Below, one piece after another: positions 8,129 through 19,012 of a stretch of DNA of 64,000 nucleotides. Under the pieces are notes generated by a model. It was not told the DNA's origin and did no database searches. It saw nothing but the letters and a program-made list of their open reading frames with translations. Position numbers and translations under genes: made by a program. How positions within the stretch are numbered: the stretch's first letter is position 1; every line of letters begins with the position of its first letter. The stretch is from Phycisphaerae bacterium (lineage in GTDB: Bacteria; Planctomycetota; Phycisphaerae; UBA1845; Fen-1342), in NCBI GenBank assembly GCA_050115495.1, contig JASFQK010000030.1:21255-85254 (forward strand), read 5' to 3'.

Positions 8129-8707
8129 ATGAAGTGTGCATGTCTCATCACGGCCATCATCGCCCTGGCCATCTCTGCCAACGCCGCCACCGTCTATGAC
8201 ACCGAGGCGGACTTCCTGTCGGTCATCGCGTCCAACTACTATCTCGAAGACTTTGACACCCTCGTCAGCGGCGAGACCTGGGACGCCCCGGGCGCCAACG
8301 GCTTCGACTTCCTCGCCCAGGCCGACGGCGGCGTCGCCGCCCGTAGTGAGGGCGACCCCGCCGCCCCATGCCTCTCGGCCAACTGGGTCGACGGCACCCT
8401 CGAAATCGTCTTCACCGGCGCCCCTGTCACCGCCCTCGGTGCCAACTTCTGCACGAAGCGCTTCATGCACGGCACTGACCAAATGAACGTCATCACGCTC
8501 AGCGATGGTACGGTCGAGCAGTTCATGGGGCTTGGCTTCCGCGGCTTCACGAGCGACGTGCCGATCACCAGCTTCACGCACGTCGGCGTGGATGACCCCA
8601 GCTACGCCTACGGCTGGCTCGACCACTTGTACGTCGGCACGATGGTCCCCGAACCCGGGGCCATCGCGCTATTGTCCCTCGGCGCCCTGTTCCTGCGCAG
8701 GCGCTAG
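8129..8707 (+). CDS. PEP-CTERM sorting-domain secreted protein
   Basis: RBS GAGGAGGAG, signal peptide, C-terminal VPEPGAIALLSLGALFLRRR. Confidence 0.9.
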   Translation: MKCACLITAIIALAISANAATVYDTEADFLSVIASNYYLEDFDTLVSGETWDAPGANGFDFLAQADGGVAARSEGDPAAPCLSANWVDGTLEIVFTGAPVTALGANFCTKRFMHGTDQMNVITLSDGTVEQFMGLGFRGFTSDVPITSFTHVGVDDPSYAYGWLDHLYVGTMVPEPGAIALLSLGALFLRRR

Positions 8708-8850
8708 GCCCGGGTGGGCGGCGCGTTCGGGACCACGCCCGCCGGCGATCCCGAACAGCGTCTCCCGCATCGCCCCCCCACACGCCCGGCGATTCGGCGG
8801 AGCCGTTTTGTCCGTTCGCCGGGCGTGCTTTCTCTTCCGAGGTGCTGACC

Positions 8851-10602
8851 ATGACCGCGCTCGCCGCTCTCGTGATCCTCGCCGCCCCGCTCTTCATCAC
8901 CCCCGACTCGACCAACCGCCAGACGACTTCCGCAGAAGCCACGGTACGCATCGGCCCGCCCACGTCGCGAGACTGCATCTGGGACAACATCCCCAGCGGC
9001 ATCCTCTCGACCGCCGTCCACGCCTCGCAGCGCGACGAGGTCTACCCGTTCCGGGCCGGTGCCGCCGACGACTTCATCTGCGGGGCGTGCTCGCCCGCGG
9101 GGCAGGAGTGCGCCATCGTCTCCGTGCAGTGGTGGGGCCAGTTCTTCAACCCCGGGCCGCCGGGCAACGCCACCGCGTTTGAGATCAACTTCTACGCCGA
9201 CGATGGCGATCAGCCGACCGGCGCCGGCCTGGACAACCCGCGTCCGACGGCCGCCATCGCCATCGACGTGCCGATCGAGGACATCAGCACCGTGCTGGTC
9301 GGCAGCAACATCTACCAGTTCGACTACATGTTCCCGCCGGGATCGGAGCCGATCCTCCAGTCACAGACGCGCTACTGGCTCGAGATCGTCTCCGTCAACG
9401 TCACCAACCCGCAATGGGGTCGCAGCAGCACGGCCAGCGATCAGACCCTCGCCGTCGCCACGCAGGGCTTCCCCGCGCTCAACATGCCCTACTGGACGCC
9501 GATCGAGGGCCGCGACCTGGCCTTCCGCGTGTATTCCACGAGCGGTGGCTCCGAGCCGCTCCCGCTGCGGCTCCTGCCGGTCGGCAACCCGGGCAACCTG
9601 CCCGATCTGCGCACCGACGCCGCCGGCGTCGGTGCGGTCCCGTACACCTACCAGATCGGCGAGACCGAGATCACGGCGGGCCAGTACTGCGAGTTCCTCA
9701 ACGCCGTCGCAGCGGACGACACCTACGGGCTGTACAACCCGGAGATGTGGGACAATGCGATGGGCTGCAAGATCGAGCGGCTCGGCGCGCCCGGCGCGTA
9801 CACGTACCAGGTGAGCGCCGCGTGGGTGAACCGCCCGGTAAACTACGTCTCCTGGGGCGACGCCGTCCGCTTCGCCAACTGGCTGACCAACGGCAAGCCG
9901 CACGGCCCACAGGACCTGACCACGACCGAGGACGGCTCGTACTTCGTCAACGGCGCCGTGGAGGTCATCGAGTTGCAGACGGTCACCCGCGCTCCCCAGG
10001 CGATCTTCGTACTACCCTCGGCCGATGAGTGGTACAAGGCGGCCTACCACTACAATGACGGCCCGACCGATCACTACTACGACTATCCCACCGGACACGA
10101 CAACCTGCCCAGCAACGACATCGTGAGCCCGGATCCGGGCAACAACGCCAACTTCTTCCAGGACGGATTCACGCTCGGCTCGCCGAGCTGGCGCACGCGC
10201 GTCGGCGAGTTCGAGAACTCATTCAGCCCCTACCGCACCTTCGACCAAGCCGGCAACGTGTGGGAGTGGACCGAGGAGCCCTACAACTGGTCCGATCGAA
10301 CCTGCCGCGGCGGGTCGTACGGCTCCTACGACAGCCACCTGCGGCCGGACTCCCCGCTCCGCCTGTGGAACATCGTCGAGGATGAGGAGATCGGTTTCCG
10401 CATCGCCAATGTCGCCCCGCCCCCCGGGGACGTGAACGGCGACGGCACCGTTAACCTCGACGACCTCGATCTCTTCGTCACCTGCCTGGCCGGTCCGGAC
10501 AACCTGCCCGGCTGTGAGACGCCCTGGGCCGACATCGACTGGGACGGCGACGCCGACCTGGCCGACTTCGCTACCTTCCAAACCGCCTTCACAGGCGACT
10601 GA
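8851..10602 (+). CDS. Secreted FGE/SUMF1-like domain protein with C-terminal dockerin-like repeat
   Basis: YQIGETEIT..QYCEFLN, RPVNYVSWGDAVRFANW, EWYKAAY, DQAGNVWEW, GFR; GDVNGDGTVNLDD and ADIDWDGDADLADF repeats. Confidence 0.85.
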   Translation: MTALAALVILAAPLFITPDSTNRQTTSAEATVRIGPPTSRDCIWDNIPSGILSTAVHASQRDEVYPFRAGAADDFICGACSPAGQECAIVSVQWWGQFFNPGPPGNATAFEINFYADDGDQPTGAGLDNPRPTAAIAIDVPIEDISTVLVGSNIYQFDYMFPPGSEPILQSQTRYWLEIVSVNVTNPQWGRSSTASDQTLAVATQGFPALNMPYWTPIEGRDLAFRVYSTSGGSEPLPLRLLPVGNPGNLPDLRTDAAGVGAVPYTYQIGETEITAGQYCEFLNAVAADDTYGLYNPEMWDNAMGCKIERLGAPGAYTYQVSAAWVNRPVNYVSWGDAVRFANWLTNGKPHGPQDLTTTEDGSYFVNGAVEVIELQTVTRAPQAIFVLPSADEWYKAAYHYNDGPTDHYYDYPTGHDNLPSNDIVSPDPGNNANFFQDGFTLGSPSWRTRVGEFENSFSPYRTFDQAGNVWEWTEEPYNWSDRTCRGGSYGSYDSHLRPDSPLRLWNIVEDEEIGFRIANVAPPPGDVNGDGTVNLDDLDLFVTCLAGPDNLPGCETPWADIDWDGDADLADFATFQTAFTGD

Positions 10603-10672
10603 CGCCGCACTCGCGGGCGGAAGCGCGGCGCGTATTGCCACGCTTCCCCCCGCCCGTGTACGCTGGACCCCC

Positions 10673-10927
10673 ATGAGTGCTATCACGATACTCGGCATCC
10701 TGGCCGGCACGCTGACCACCGCCGCCTTCACGCCCCAGGTGGTCAAAAGCTGGCGAACGCGACACACGAAAGACGTGTCGCTCGGCATGTTCATCATCCT
10801 CTGCGTCGGCACCACGCTGTGGCTCATATACGGGCTGCTGATGAGCGACCTGCCCATCATTCTGGCCAACGCCGTCACGCTCGTTCTGGCCACTTCCATC
10901 CTGGCCCTGAAGATCCGGCACGGCTGA
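10673..10927 (+). CDS. SemiSWEET (PQ-loop) transporter
   Basis: 84 aa: GILAGTLTTAAFTPQVVKSWRT..KDVSLGM..WLIYG..PIILAN. Confidence 0.9.
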   Translation: MSAITILGILAGTLTTAAFTPQVVKSWRTRHTKDVSLGMFIILCVGTTLWLIYGLLMSDLPIILANAVTLVLATSILALKIRHG

Positions 10928-11213
10928 CGCCCGTCTTCCCGTCGGCGGCCTGCTCTCCATCACCGACGCCAACCGCCTCATCGCGACGGACTTCCGCGTG
11001 GGCACGTCTCCCGTCACTCCGGCTGGAAGGGACAAGCCGGAGGATTTGTGCAAAGCCCGAGGAACCAGATCGGAATCGTCGTTGTCTGTCGCTGCGCGGC
11101 GTTGACTGGCGATACCTCTCCACTGGACCGATGAAGATGGAGTGACACGTTGCGCGAGAGCGCCGCACGACAAGTCCTTCGCCGCAAGCGATCACCGAGC
11201 AGGAAGGTCCGAG

Positions 11214-12953
11214 ATGAGTCTGAATCAGAAGACCACGGTCATGGTCGCCATTCCCGTGATGGCAGTCGTCGGTCTGGTGTTGGCAGGCGCGTGGACGCTG
11301 CGTAATGCGAGCCAGAAGCTCGACGATATCGTCAACCGGCAATTCGTCGGCCTGATCGACGGCGAGATCGCGCCGCTGATCACCGAGCAGTTGCTCCCCG
11401 TAGTCGATCGCGATCTGCCCCTCGTGCACAACCTGGACCACAGCATGCAGTTGATGCTGGAGGCCGATCGCGACATGCACCAGGCGCTCATCGCCGAGCG
11501 CGCCAGTCAGACGGCGGAGGGGGACGCGTTCGCCGCCGCCGACACGGCCAACGCCGAGAACATCGAGCAGGCCGAGACGCGTGTGAAGAAGGCTTCGGAA
11601 CTCTTCAATTCACAGGCCACGCGCGACCTGTACGCCAAGTTCACGACCGAGTTCAGCAAATGGCGGACGGTCTCGCGCCGCGCGGTCGAGCAGGCCGCCG
11701 GCGGGACGGTCGAGTCGGACCTGGCCGGCGAGTCCGCGGCGGCCTTCGACTCCGCCCGAGGGCTGCTGGACCAGTTGCAGGGATTGCAGCAGAAAGACAT
11801 CGACGCCGTCATAGCCGCCGTCGCGGCGAAGCAGACGGCGATCGACGCCCGGCGCCAGACCGTCGACCAGCGGAAGGCCGCCGCCGTAGCGGATGGCCAT
11901 GATGCCCAACACCGGGCAGCCAGCGCCACGACGCTGTTCCTCGTTATCGGCGGCCTCGTGGCGATCATCGTTCCGGCGATTGGCTTCGTTATCGGGCGCA
12001 GTCTCTCGCGCACGCTCCAGCGGGTCGTCTCGGCCCTCTCCACCGGGGCCGAACGCGTGAACGGTGCCGCGGCCCAGTTCGCCAGCTCCGCCCAACAGCT
12101 CGCCGAAGGGGCCAGTACGCAGGCTTCGTCGCTCGAAGAGACGTCCGCCTCGCTCCAGGAGATGGCGGCGATGACCCGCACGAACGCCGAGCACGCCAGA
12201 CAGGCCAACGAGTCGGCGGCGCAGGCCCGCACAAACGCCGAGACCGGCGACCAGACGATGGACGAGCTAAACCAGGCGATGGCGGCGATCAACGAGTCGT
12301 CCTCGCAGATCGGGAAGATCATCAAGGTCATCGAGGAGATCGCCTTCCAGACGAACCTGCTGGCCCTCAACGCCGCCGTCGAGGCCGCCCGGGCCGGCGA
12401 GCACGGCAAGGGCTTCGCCGTCGTCGCCGAAGAAGTGCGTAACCTCGCCCAGCGGGCCGCCGGCGCCGCCGGCGAAACGACCGCCCTGATCGAAGGCTCG
12501 GTCAGCCGCGCCCGCGCAGGCACGGAGGTGTCCAATTCGGCCGCGGAGGCCCTGCGCGCCATCGCCCGCGACGTGACGACGGCGGCGGGATTGCTCGGCG
12601 GCATCTCGGAGGCTTCCGGCGAGCAGGCCCAGGCCGTCGAGCAGCTCAACGTCGCCGTGTCGCAGTTGGATCACATCACGCAGCAGAACGCGGCCAACGC
12701 GGAAGAGTCCGCTTCCGCGTCCGAAGAGCTCAGTGCGCAGTCGAAGAAGCTAAACGCCATCGTCGCCGACCTGCGATCGATCATGGGGCAGGGTCAGGCG
12801 ACGCGGGAGCCATCATTCACGGCAGCGAAGCCGAAGGCCGTCGCGCCGAAGCCGCAGAAGCTGCCGGCTGCCAAGTCGGGCGGTTTCGGCGGTGCGGCGT
12901 CTTCCAACAGCAGCAGCGAATACGAAGACGCGGGCGACCTCAGCGACTTCTAG
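11214..12953 (+). CDS. Methyl-accepting chemotaxis protein
   Basis: Two TM segments and the signalling hairpin [37 protein letters not shown]. Confidence 0.95.
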   Translation: MSLNQKTTVMVAIPVMAVVGLVLAGAWTLRNASQKLDDIVNRQFVGLIDGEIAPLITEQLLPVVDRDLPLVHNLDHSMQLMLEADRDMHQALIAERASQTAEGDAFAAADTANAENIEQAETRVKKASELFNSQATRDLYAKFTTEFSKWRTVSRRAVEQAAGGTVESDLAGESAAAFDSARGLLDQLQGLQQKDIDAVIAAVAAKQTAIDARRQTVDQRKAAAVADGHDAQHRAASATTLFLVIGGLVAIIVPAIGFVIGRSLSRTLQRVVSALSTGAERVNGAAAQFASSAQQLAEGASTQASSLEETSASLQEMAAMTRTNAEHARQANESAAQARTNAETGDQTMDELNQAMAAINESSSQIGKIIKVIEEIAFQTNLLALNAAVEAARAGEHGKGFAVVAEEVRNLAQRAAGAAGETTALIEGSVSRARAGTEVSNSAAEALRAIARDVTTAAGLLGGISEASGEQAQAVEQLNVAVSQLDHITQQNAANAEESASASEELSAQSKKLNAIVADLRSIMGQGQATREPSFTAAKPKAVAPKPQKLPAAKSGGFGGAASSNSSSEYEDAGDLSDF

Positions 12954-13155
12954 GGCGCATCGCCGAAGACACGGTCGAACGGCCGGCGAAAGCCATAACC
13001 GCCGGCCGGACGGGTGCCGTGGCGACAAGTCGGCGCTGCGGGGGGCACTCTGTACAGGCTGAGCCTCGGGGGAACGCTGTGCCGTTCTGGCGGCGGCTGT
13101 GCTACAATGGCGCCTACTGTCGCATCTGGCAACGCCACCGAGGGGTATCGGCGGG

Positions 13156-15594
13156 ATGCAGCCAACAACGCCAACCAGTCTTCTGTTTCCAAAGCCCTCG
13201 ACGGAGGATCTGTTCGAGCGCTGGTGCCTCATCCTCTTCCGCACGCACTTCGGCGGAAGCAATTGGGACCGGTTCCGTGGCCGAGGACGTCCGCAGCACG
13301 GTATCGACATCCTGGGCTGCGACCAGGACAAGCGCTCCGTGGCCGTCCAGTGCAAGATGCGCAACACCGGCTCGCCGTTGACGATGGACGAGATCAAGGC
13401 GGATGTGAAGAAGGCGAGGAAGCTCGACTCGCCGCCAGCCGTCCTCATCTTCGCGACGACCGATGAATCGAAGAAGTTGCAGCAGGAAGTGCTGAAGTAC
13501 TCCAAGAGACGCCAGGCCGCCGGCGCCTTCCCAGTCGAGATCCGGTACTGGGGCGACCTGTGCGACCTCGCCAACGACCACCGCGAGATACACGCCCGAC
13601 TCTGGAGCACGCTCCGGTGCGAAGCCGCCGACAATCTCGCCGCCGCGGGCATCAGCCAGAACCAGAACTTCGTCGGCCGCACGGAGGAGCTGGCCAGACT
13701 CCACAAGATGCTCACCGTCGGCTCGACCCAGATCACGCAGGCTATCGTTGGCGAAGGCGGCATCGGCAAGAGCGAGTTGGCCAAGCAGTACGTGTTTGAG
13801 TTTGCCGACGAGTGGGACGGGCGCTGGTGGTTGGATGCGTCGGAGGCAGCCATCGAGGCAGCCACCGCCCGGCTGGCCGAACGGTTGCTGGGTGACGACG
13901 CCGTCCACGACCATTCTCCGAACCAGATCCGCATCGCCCTCGTCAACTTCCTGAGCGGCGAGAAGCACCTGTTGGTGCTGGACAACATCCAATCCGCCGA
14001 ACAGGCCAAGCGATTCGCCCTCCAGTCGCCGGCCCGTGTGCTCATCACGACTCGGCGGCGAGACATCCCGCCGGCCGTCGCCGGCAAGCTGGAACTCGAA
14101 GTGCTCGACCGCGAGGACGCGATCAAGCTACTGACGTCGGGCCGCGAGGACCTGCGTACCGCCGAGCACCGCCCGACGCTGAAGGCGATCGTCGACCACC
14201 TGGGCTGTCACGCCCTGGCAGTGGCTGTCGCCGGTGCACGCTTGTCGCAACCGCCACCACCCACGCCAGCCGAACTCCTGACACAGCTCCAGGAAGCCGA
14301 AGTCGGGACGCTGAACGACCCGTTCGAGGAAGGCGAACCGAACGAGGAGTTGGGTACCGGCTACCGGCACAAGGTGGCGGCATCGCTGAGCCTGCACCTG
14401 CCGACGTTCGCAAACACGCCGGCCGCGCGGTTACTGGAGCTGGCGGCCTTCTGTCATCCAAGCAGCATCCCGGCCGACCTCCTGGCCGACGCCGCCGGCT
14501 TGCCGCTGGCTGAGGCGAAGAAGGCTCTGCGGGAGTTGCACAACGTCTCGATCGTGAAGTGTGACGAAGCCGTGAGCATCCACCGGCTGACGCAATCGGT
14601 CATGCGAGCGAAGCTGGCTGACACGGCCCGGCGAGAGGCGCTGGCTGCACTGGTCGGCGTGATGACGAAGCACTTCGCCGATCCAGACGAGTACCGGCGT
14701 TGGGCCGAAATGGACCGCTACGCCGCTCACGCCACAGCGGTCGTGGAACACGCAGACAAACTCGCCGGAACCGAGGATGCGGGGTATCTGGCGAACCAGA
14801 CCGGCCTTTTTCTGAATAACCTCGGCCGCTTCGACGCCGCCCGGCAGAACACGGAGAGGGGCGTCGCGATCGCCCAGAAGGTCTCTGGACCACACCACGC
14901 CAACGTCGCAGCCGGCTACAGCAACCTCGCGACGATCCAATACCAGCAGGGCGATCTGAACGCCGCACGCGAGAACATGGAGAAGGCTATCGCGATCGAA
15001 CTCAAGCACTTCGCCCCGGACCATCCCGCACTCGCCACCAGCTTCTCCAACCTCGCGCTGATCCAGAGAAACCAGGGTGACCTGAACGCCGCGCGGGAGA
15101 ACATGGAGAAGGCCATCGCGATCAAACTCAAGCACTTCGCCCCGGACCATCCGTCGCTCTCCACTGGCTTCTCCAACCTCGCAATGATCCAGCATGCTCA
15201 GGGCGACCTCAACTCCGCGCGGGAGAACACGGAGAGGGCCATCGCGATCGAACTCAGGCACTTCGCTGCAGATCACCCCAAACTCGCGACACGCTACTCC
15301 AACCTCGCGGTCATACAGAAGGACCTCAACGACCTCGTTGGCGCGAGGACGAGCGCGGAGAAGGCCATCGGAATCCAACTCAAGCAGTTCACACCGGACC
15401 ATCCCGACCTCGCTATCCGTTACCATAACCTGGCAGGGGTCCTCGCGGCAGAGAAGGACTTTGCGGGTGCAGCGGAATGGGAGACGAAGGCGCTGGGCAT
15501 TCTCCTCAAGCACTTCAAAGACGCGCACCCAACCGTGAAGCTTGTGCGGAAGACTCTCGCGCGCTACCGCGCGCAGGCAGAGGCCGGGAAGTAG
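13156..15594 (+). CDS. PD-(D/E)xK nuclease-like + NB-ARC (STAND) + TPR protein (bacterial NLR-like)
   Basis: N-terminal FERWC..GRGRPQHGIDI..VAVQCK, Walker A GEGGIGKS, Walker B LLVLDN, IHRLTQ winged helix, 42-aa TPR repeats. Confidence 0.85.
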   Translation: MQPTTPTSLLFPKPSTEDLFERWCLILFRTHFGGSNWDRFRGRGRPQHGIDILGCDQDKRSVAVQCKMRNTGSPLTMDEIKADVKKARKLDSPPAVLIFATTDESKKLQQEVLKYSKRRQAAGAFPVEIRYWGDLCDLANDHREIHARLWSTLRCEAADNLAAAGISQNQNFVGRTEELARLHKMLTVGSTQITQAIVGEGGIGKSELAKQYVFEFADEWDGRWWLDASEAAIEAATARLAERLLGDDAVHDHSPNQIRIALVNFLSGEKHLLVLDNIQSAEQAKRFALQSPARVLITTRRRDIPPAVAGKLELEVLDREDAIKLLTSGREDLRTAEHRPTLKAIVDHLGCHALAVAVAGARLSQPPPPTPAELLTQLQEAEVGTLNDPFEEGEPNEELGTGYRHKVAASLSLHLPTFANTPAARLLELAAFCHPSSIPADLLADAAGLPLAEAKKALRELHNVSIVKCDEAVSIHRLTQSVMRAKLADTARREALAALVGVMTKHFADPDEYRRWAEMDRYAAHATAVVEHADKLAGTEDAGYLANQTGLFLNNLGRFDAARQNTERGVAIAQKVSGPHHANVAAGYSNLATIQYQQGDLNAARENMEKAIAIELKHFAPDHPALATSFSNLALIQRNQGDLNAARENMEKAIAIKLKHFAPDHPSLSTGFSNLAMIQHAQGDLNSARENTERAIAIELRHFAADHPKLATRYSNLAVIQKDLNDLVGARTSAEKAIGIQLKQFTPDHPDLAIRYHNLAGVLAAEKDFAGAAEWETKALGILLKHFKDAHPTVKLVRKTLARYRAQAEAGK
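14923..15450 (+). repeat. 126-bp intragenic tandem repeats encoding 42-aa TPR units
   Basis: AACCT(C/G)GC recurs at 14923, 15049, 15175, 15301 and 15427, a period of exactly 126 nt. Confidence 0.9.
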
Positions 15595-15639
15595 GGTAGC
15601 AACATCGGTGGCGGGGCGCGTCGTCGCGAGTGAGGCGTT

Positions 15640-15890
15640 GCCCGCAAACAACGTCGCCCACGGGGGGGACGACGCTACAAGCGTTCCTGGCGTGTGATGT
15701 GCTCTGCGCGACCACAGACGGTCAGTCGCCGGGTGCCACTGGTGGCTTGTCCACCAGTGCCCCGGAGGCAGCGTCAGCCAAAGACGGCCGACATCCCGGC
15801 GCGCCGGGTGCCGCTACGCAACGCGACGGCCGACACGGAGGTCGGCCGCTACAACCAGCCGACGCAGCCGCTACAGCACGGTCACCTGCC
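15640..15890. repeat. Cluster of REP-like palindromes
   Basis: GGGTGCCACTGGTGGCTTGTCCACCAGTGCC (15731) and CGACGGCCGACACGGAGGTCGGCCGCTACA (15824-15853, identical at 46894-46923). Confidence 0.85.
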
Positions 15891-15892
15891 CG

Positions 15893-16471
15893 CTACTGCG
15901 CGGCGTACAGCACGATGAAGTACCCGAAGCACTCGGTATCGCTCTCCAGGGCGAGGTCGAGTGTCGGCGGGAGGTCGTCGCCGGGTTCGAGGTCTTCGAG
16001 AATGCCGGTCGAGAGGTGGACCTCTTCGCCGTAGATGACCAGGTCGAGCGTCATGATGTGCCAGCGGTCGCCCTGTGAGTCGGTCCAGCGGTCGTAGTAG
16101 CCCGTGCCCGTGACTTCGTTCTCCTCGCCGGCGAACGAGAAGAACCAGTCGGCGACGGTCACGTCATAGGCCCGGTGACCCGGCGGCGTGTGGTGGTTCG
16201 GCGTCAGCGTGAAGCTGCCCGTGAACTCGAGCGCCGCCAGCAACGGGCACATGCAGCCCTGCTTGCCGGCCTCGCTGCCCAGGCAACCCTCGGCGAAGAT
16301 GCTCTCCGGCGACAGCACGTACTCCGTGCCCGGGCTCGCCGACACGGCGATCGACGCGCTCACCGCCGGCGACGCGTCCCGCACCGGCGATACCGCCGCA
16401 CCCGCCACCAGAAGCACGCCCACCCCCACCGCAAAGCCCATCGCCAACCGCGAGTATCGTGTCACGCTCAT
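15893..16471 (-). CDS. Hypothetical secreted protein
   Basis: RBS GGAGG, signal-like N-terminus, Cys motif EGC...CMCP. Confidence 0.7.
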   Translation of the reverse strand: MSVTRYSRLAMGFAVGVGVLLVAGAAVSPVRDASPAVSASIAVSASPGTEYVLSPESIFAEGCLGSEAGKQGCMCPLLAALEFTGSFTLTPNHHTPPGHRAYDVTVADWFFSFAGEENEVTGTGYYDRWTDSQGDRWHIMTLDLVIYGEEVHLSTGILEDLEPGDDLPPTLDLALESDTECFGYFIVLYAAQ

Positions 16472-16759
16472 CTGCCTGTCCTCCATAGCAGAGCTGATGG
16501 AGCGCGGCCGCCGACCGCCGGCGGAAAAGAAGTGTGTGATGCCCAGCGCTCCGGGTGATAATCCGTCACTGGAGCGCAGAATCCGCCAGCGGCGCGCAGA
16601 ATCCGCCAGAATCGAGCAGAATGGGCGCCGCCGAGCGCGAATCAGCACCCATCGGGGCGGCGCACGGTCGCCGCAGTCCCCCACACAGCGGACAATCAGG
16701 AGTGGGGAGCGCAGGCGGCCGGGCACGAACCGCCCGGCCGCCAGCGTCGCCGCCGCCGG

Positions 16760-18169
16760 TTACCCGCCGGTGAGCAGGTCCACGAACGGCGAGATGTCGA
16801 AGTTGTTCACGGCCCCGTCGCCGTTGACGTCCGCCAGGTCGCGGTCGCAATCGGGGTAGGCGTCCGCGTAGCCCGCTTCATCGGTCAGGGCCAGGACGAA
16901 CGCCCGGATGTCGAAGTTGTTCACGATCCCGTCGCAGTTCAGGTCACCCAGCGCCGGCGGCCCGAGGTTGTTGCGCATGTAGAGATCGATGTTGCCGTCG
17001 CGCTTGTCCTGCCAGACGGCACAGAAGCCGGTGTCATACTCACCCAGTCTGACGTAGCTCGCCCCCTGCTGAGGCAGATCCATGGGGTCGATGTGCTCGT
17101 TTTGAGAAACGCGGAACTCGTCCCCCCACGTCAATCCCGAGTCGTCACTGAACTTGTACCGGATGATGCCGTAATCGGCACTGCTCCAACTGGCCGGCCA
17201 GCCGCTGTCGCCGTGGTACTGGCACCAGACGGCGTGCAGGCCCTCCTCGTCGGTCAGCAGCTTCGGCCGCGCGCCGTAGAACGTGTCGTTCAGTTGCAGG
17301 TCGCTGCTCCACGTCGCGCCGTCGTCGGTGCTTCGCGAGTACACGATGTTGAAGTAGTTGCTGCGATCGTCTTCCCAGGCCACAACGAGCGCCTCATCGG
17401 CGACGGCAATCTGGGCGAGCTGCGCGTGCGGTCCAGCGCCCTGAGAAACCGCCACCGGCGTGGTCCACGTATCCCCGTCGTCGGTGCTTCGGCAATACCG
17501 GATGCGCGGGGCAAACTCGTAGCGCCCGAAGGCCATGTGAATAACGCCGTCAACCACTGCGAACGTCGGGTGCTCGACCGTGTCCCAGGGCAGCAGCGGC
17601 TTCTCCTCCCAGGTCCCACCGCCGTCACGGCTGACGTACAGGTAGCTGTAGATGATCTCGAACTCCCAGTCCATGTTCTGGGCGTAGACGAAGAGCACGT
17701 CGCCGTACGTGAAGGCGTCAACCGCCTCGATGTTGTCGCGCTCTCCCACCCGCACCGGTTCGGCGAAGGTCTCGCCGCCATCTGTGCTGTTGGCGCAGTA
17801 GAGCCACTTGTACTCTTCCTCTTCATCCTCGAAGTACTCGGTGAACAGCAAGTGCAGGCCCTGTTCGTTGGCGCAGATGGCCGCGTTGTCATAGGGCATT
17901 CCGTCGAAGGCGATCCACGGGCCGTTCCACGTTTCGCCCTTGTCGGGGCTCATCATCAACGTGATCTTGGTGTCTTCCCAGTCGGTCCAGTCAAGCCAGA
18001 GCACGTAGAGCGCATCATCCGGCCCGGTCGCGACCCGCGTGACGTACTGCACGACCGGATCCTGGGTGATGAAGGACTCATCTTCCCAGTCGCCGCCGGA
18101 CGCGACGCCCGCGGCCAACAAGACGACCGCGAACAAGCCCACGAGGCGGGCGCTAATCAAACGACTCAT
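16760..18169 (-). CDS. Secreted BNR/Asp-box (sialidase-like propeller) protein with dockerin-like tail
   Basis: Repeated S-x-D-x-G-x-T-W boxes; GDLNCDG and ADVNGDG repeats. Confidence 0.85.
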   Translation of the reverse strand: MSRLISARLVGLFAVVLLAAGVASGGDWEDESFITQDPVVQYVTRVATGPDDALYVLWLDWTDWEDTKITLMMSPDKGETWNGPWIAFDGMPYDNAAICANEQGLHLLFTEYFEDEEEEYKWLYCANSTDGGETFAEPVRVGERDNIEAVDAFTYGDVLFVYAQNMDWEFEIIYSYLYVSRDGGGTWEEKPLLPWDTVEHPTFAVVDGVIHMAFGRYEFAPRIRYCRSTDDGDTWTTPVAVSQGAGPHAQLAQIAVADEALVVAWEDDRSNYFNIVYSRSTDDGATWSSDLQLNDTFYGARPKLLTDEEGLHAVWCQYHGDSGWPASWSSADYGIIRYKFSDDSGLTWGDEFRVSQNEHIDPMDLPQQGASYVRLGEYDTGFCAVWQDKRDGNIDLYMRNNLGPPALGDLNCDGIVNNFDIRAFVLALTDEAGYADAYPDCDRDLADVNGDGAVNNFDISPFVDLLTGG

Positions 18170-18457
18170 TTTCCCGCTCCTTTCTGCAACGCGTGAAGTG
18201 AATGACGCCGGGCGTGTGCCGGCCCTCGACGTCCGGTGCTGCGCGTGCTTTCGTTCATCTTAACACGCCACGAGCCACCCGAATAACACAAACTCCACAA
18301 GACATCACCGCGTTGATGGTCGCTGAGTCCCGGAGTCGTTACTTCGCCATGATCTGCGCGCACCGGGACTCTACGCAGCGTCCGCGGCGAACGCTGCCAC
18401 GCAAACGGTGAGGCGCGTAGTCAATCCCCCCTCCCGACGGGCGTCGACGCTCGCCCT

Positions 18458-19012
18458 CTACCGCCGACGAACGGTCAGCACGCCGACAGCCAGCAGCAAC
18501 AGCGCCCCCGGCTCCGGCGTCGTTTCCACGCCGATGGAATGGATCGTCGGGCTCGAGCCGGTGTTGGTCAGGATGTCCTCGACACTGACGTCGACGTAGC
18601 CGTCGAAGTACATGTGGAAGTTGCTGTATAGCAGCAGCGCTTCGCCCGCGCTCTGCGGCAGTGGCTCGAACGCCGGGGGCACCTCGGCAACGAGCACGTC
18701 GTTGATGCGGTCGCTCTGGATCGTGCCGGCATCTGTCTCACCACCGAACAACCCGCCCGGGTCGACGATGCCCAGTTCGTGGAACGTCACCTCACCGTCG
18801 CCCAGCACGATGTCGAACTCGGCCAGCCCGAGCGCGTCATCCGCGCCGCCACCCCAGACGTAGACGTCGAAGTAGCCGTCATAGAAAAACGGGAAGTCGC
18901 TCGTGTTCCCGTCCGGCGCTTCGCCGTGCCCGGTGACCTCGAAGTACACATCCCCCGCCGCCACACCCATGCCCAGCATCAAGACGATCGCGACGATTAC
19001 CGGTACGCGCAT
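18458..19012 (-). CDS. PEP-CTERM sorting-domain secreted protein
   Basis: RBS AGGAGGAG, signal peptide MRVPVIVAIV.., C-terminal TPEPGALLLLAVGVLTVRRR. Confidence 0.9.
   Translation of the reverse strand: MRVPVIVAIVLMLGMGVAAGDVYFEVTGHGEAPDGNTSDFPFFYDGYFDVYVWGGGADDALGLAEFDIVLGDGEVTFHELGIVDPGGLFGGETDAGTIQSDRINDVLVAEVPPAFEPLPQSAGEALLLYSNFHMYFDGYVDVSVEDILTNTGSSPTIHSIGVETTPEPGALLLLAVGVLTVRRR

Noticed and set aside
10990..11200. c-di-GMP riboswitch upstream of the MCP gene
   Set aside because: There is a hairpin (CTCCGGCT..AGCCGGAG) and a GCAAAGC, but the conserved GGCAAAC/GAAA tetraloop architecture is absent.
14923..15890. CRISPR array
   Set aside because: The 126-bp repeats are coding TPR units and the downstream palindromes lack constant repeat-spacer periodicity; no cas genes are present.
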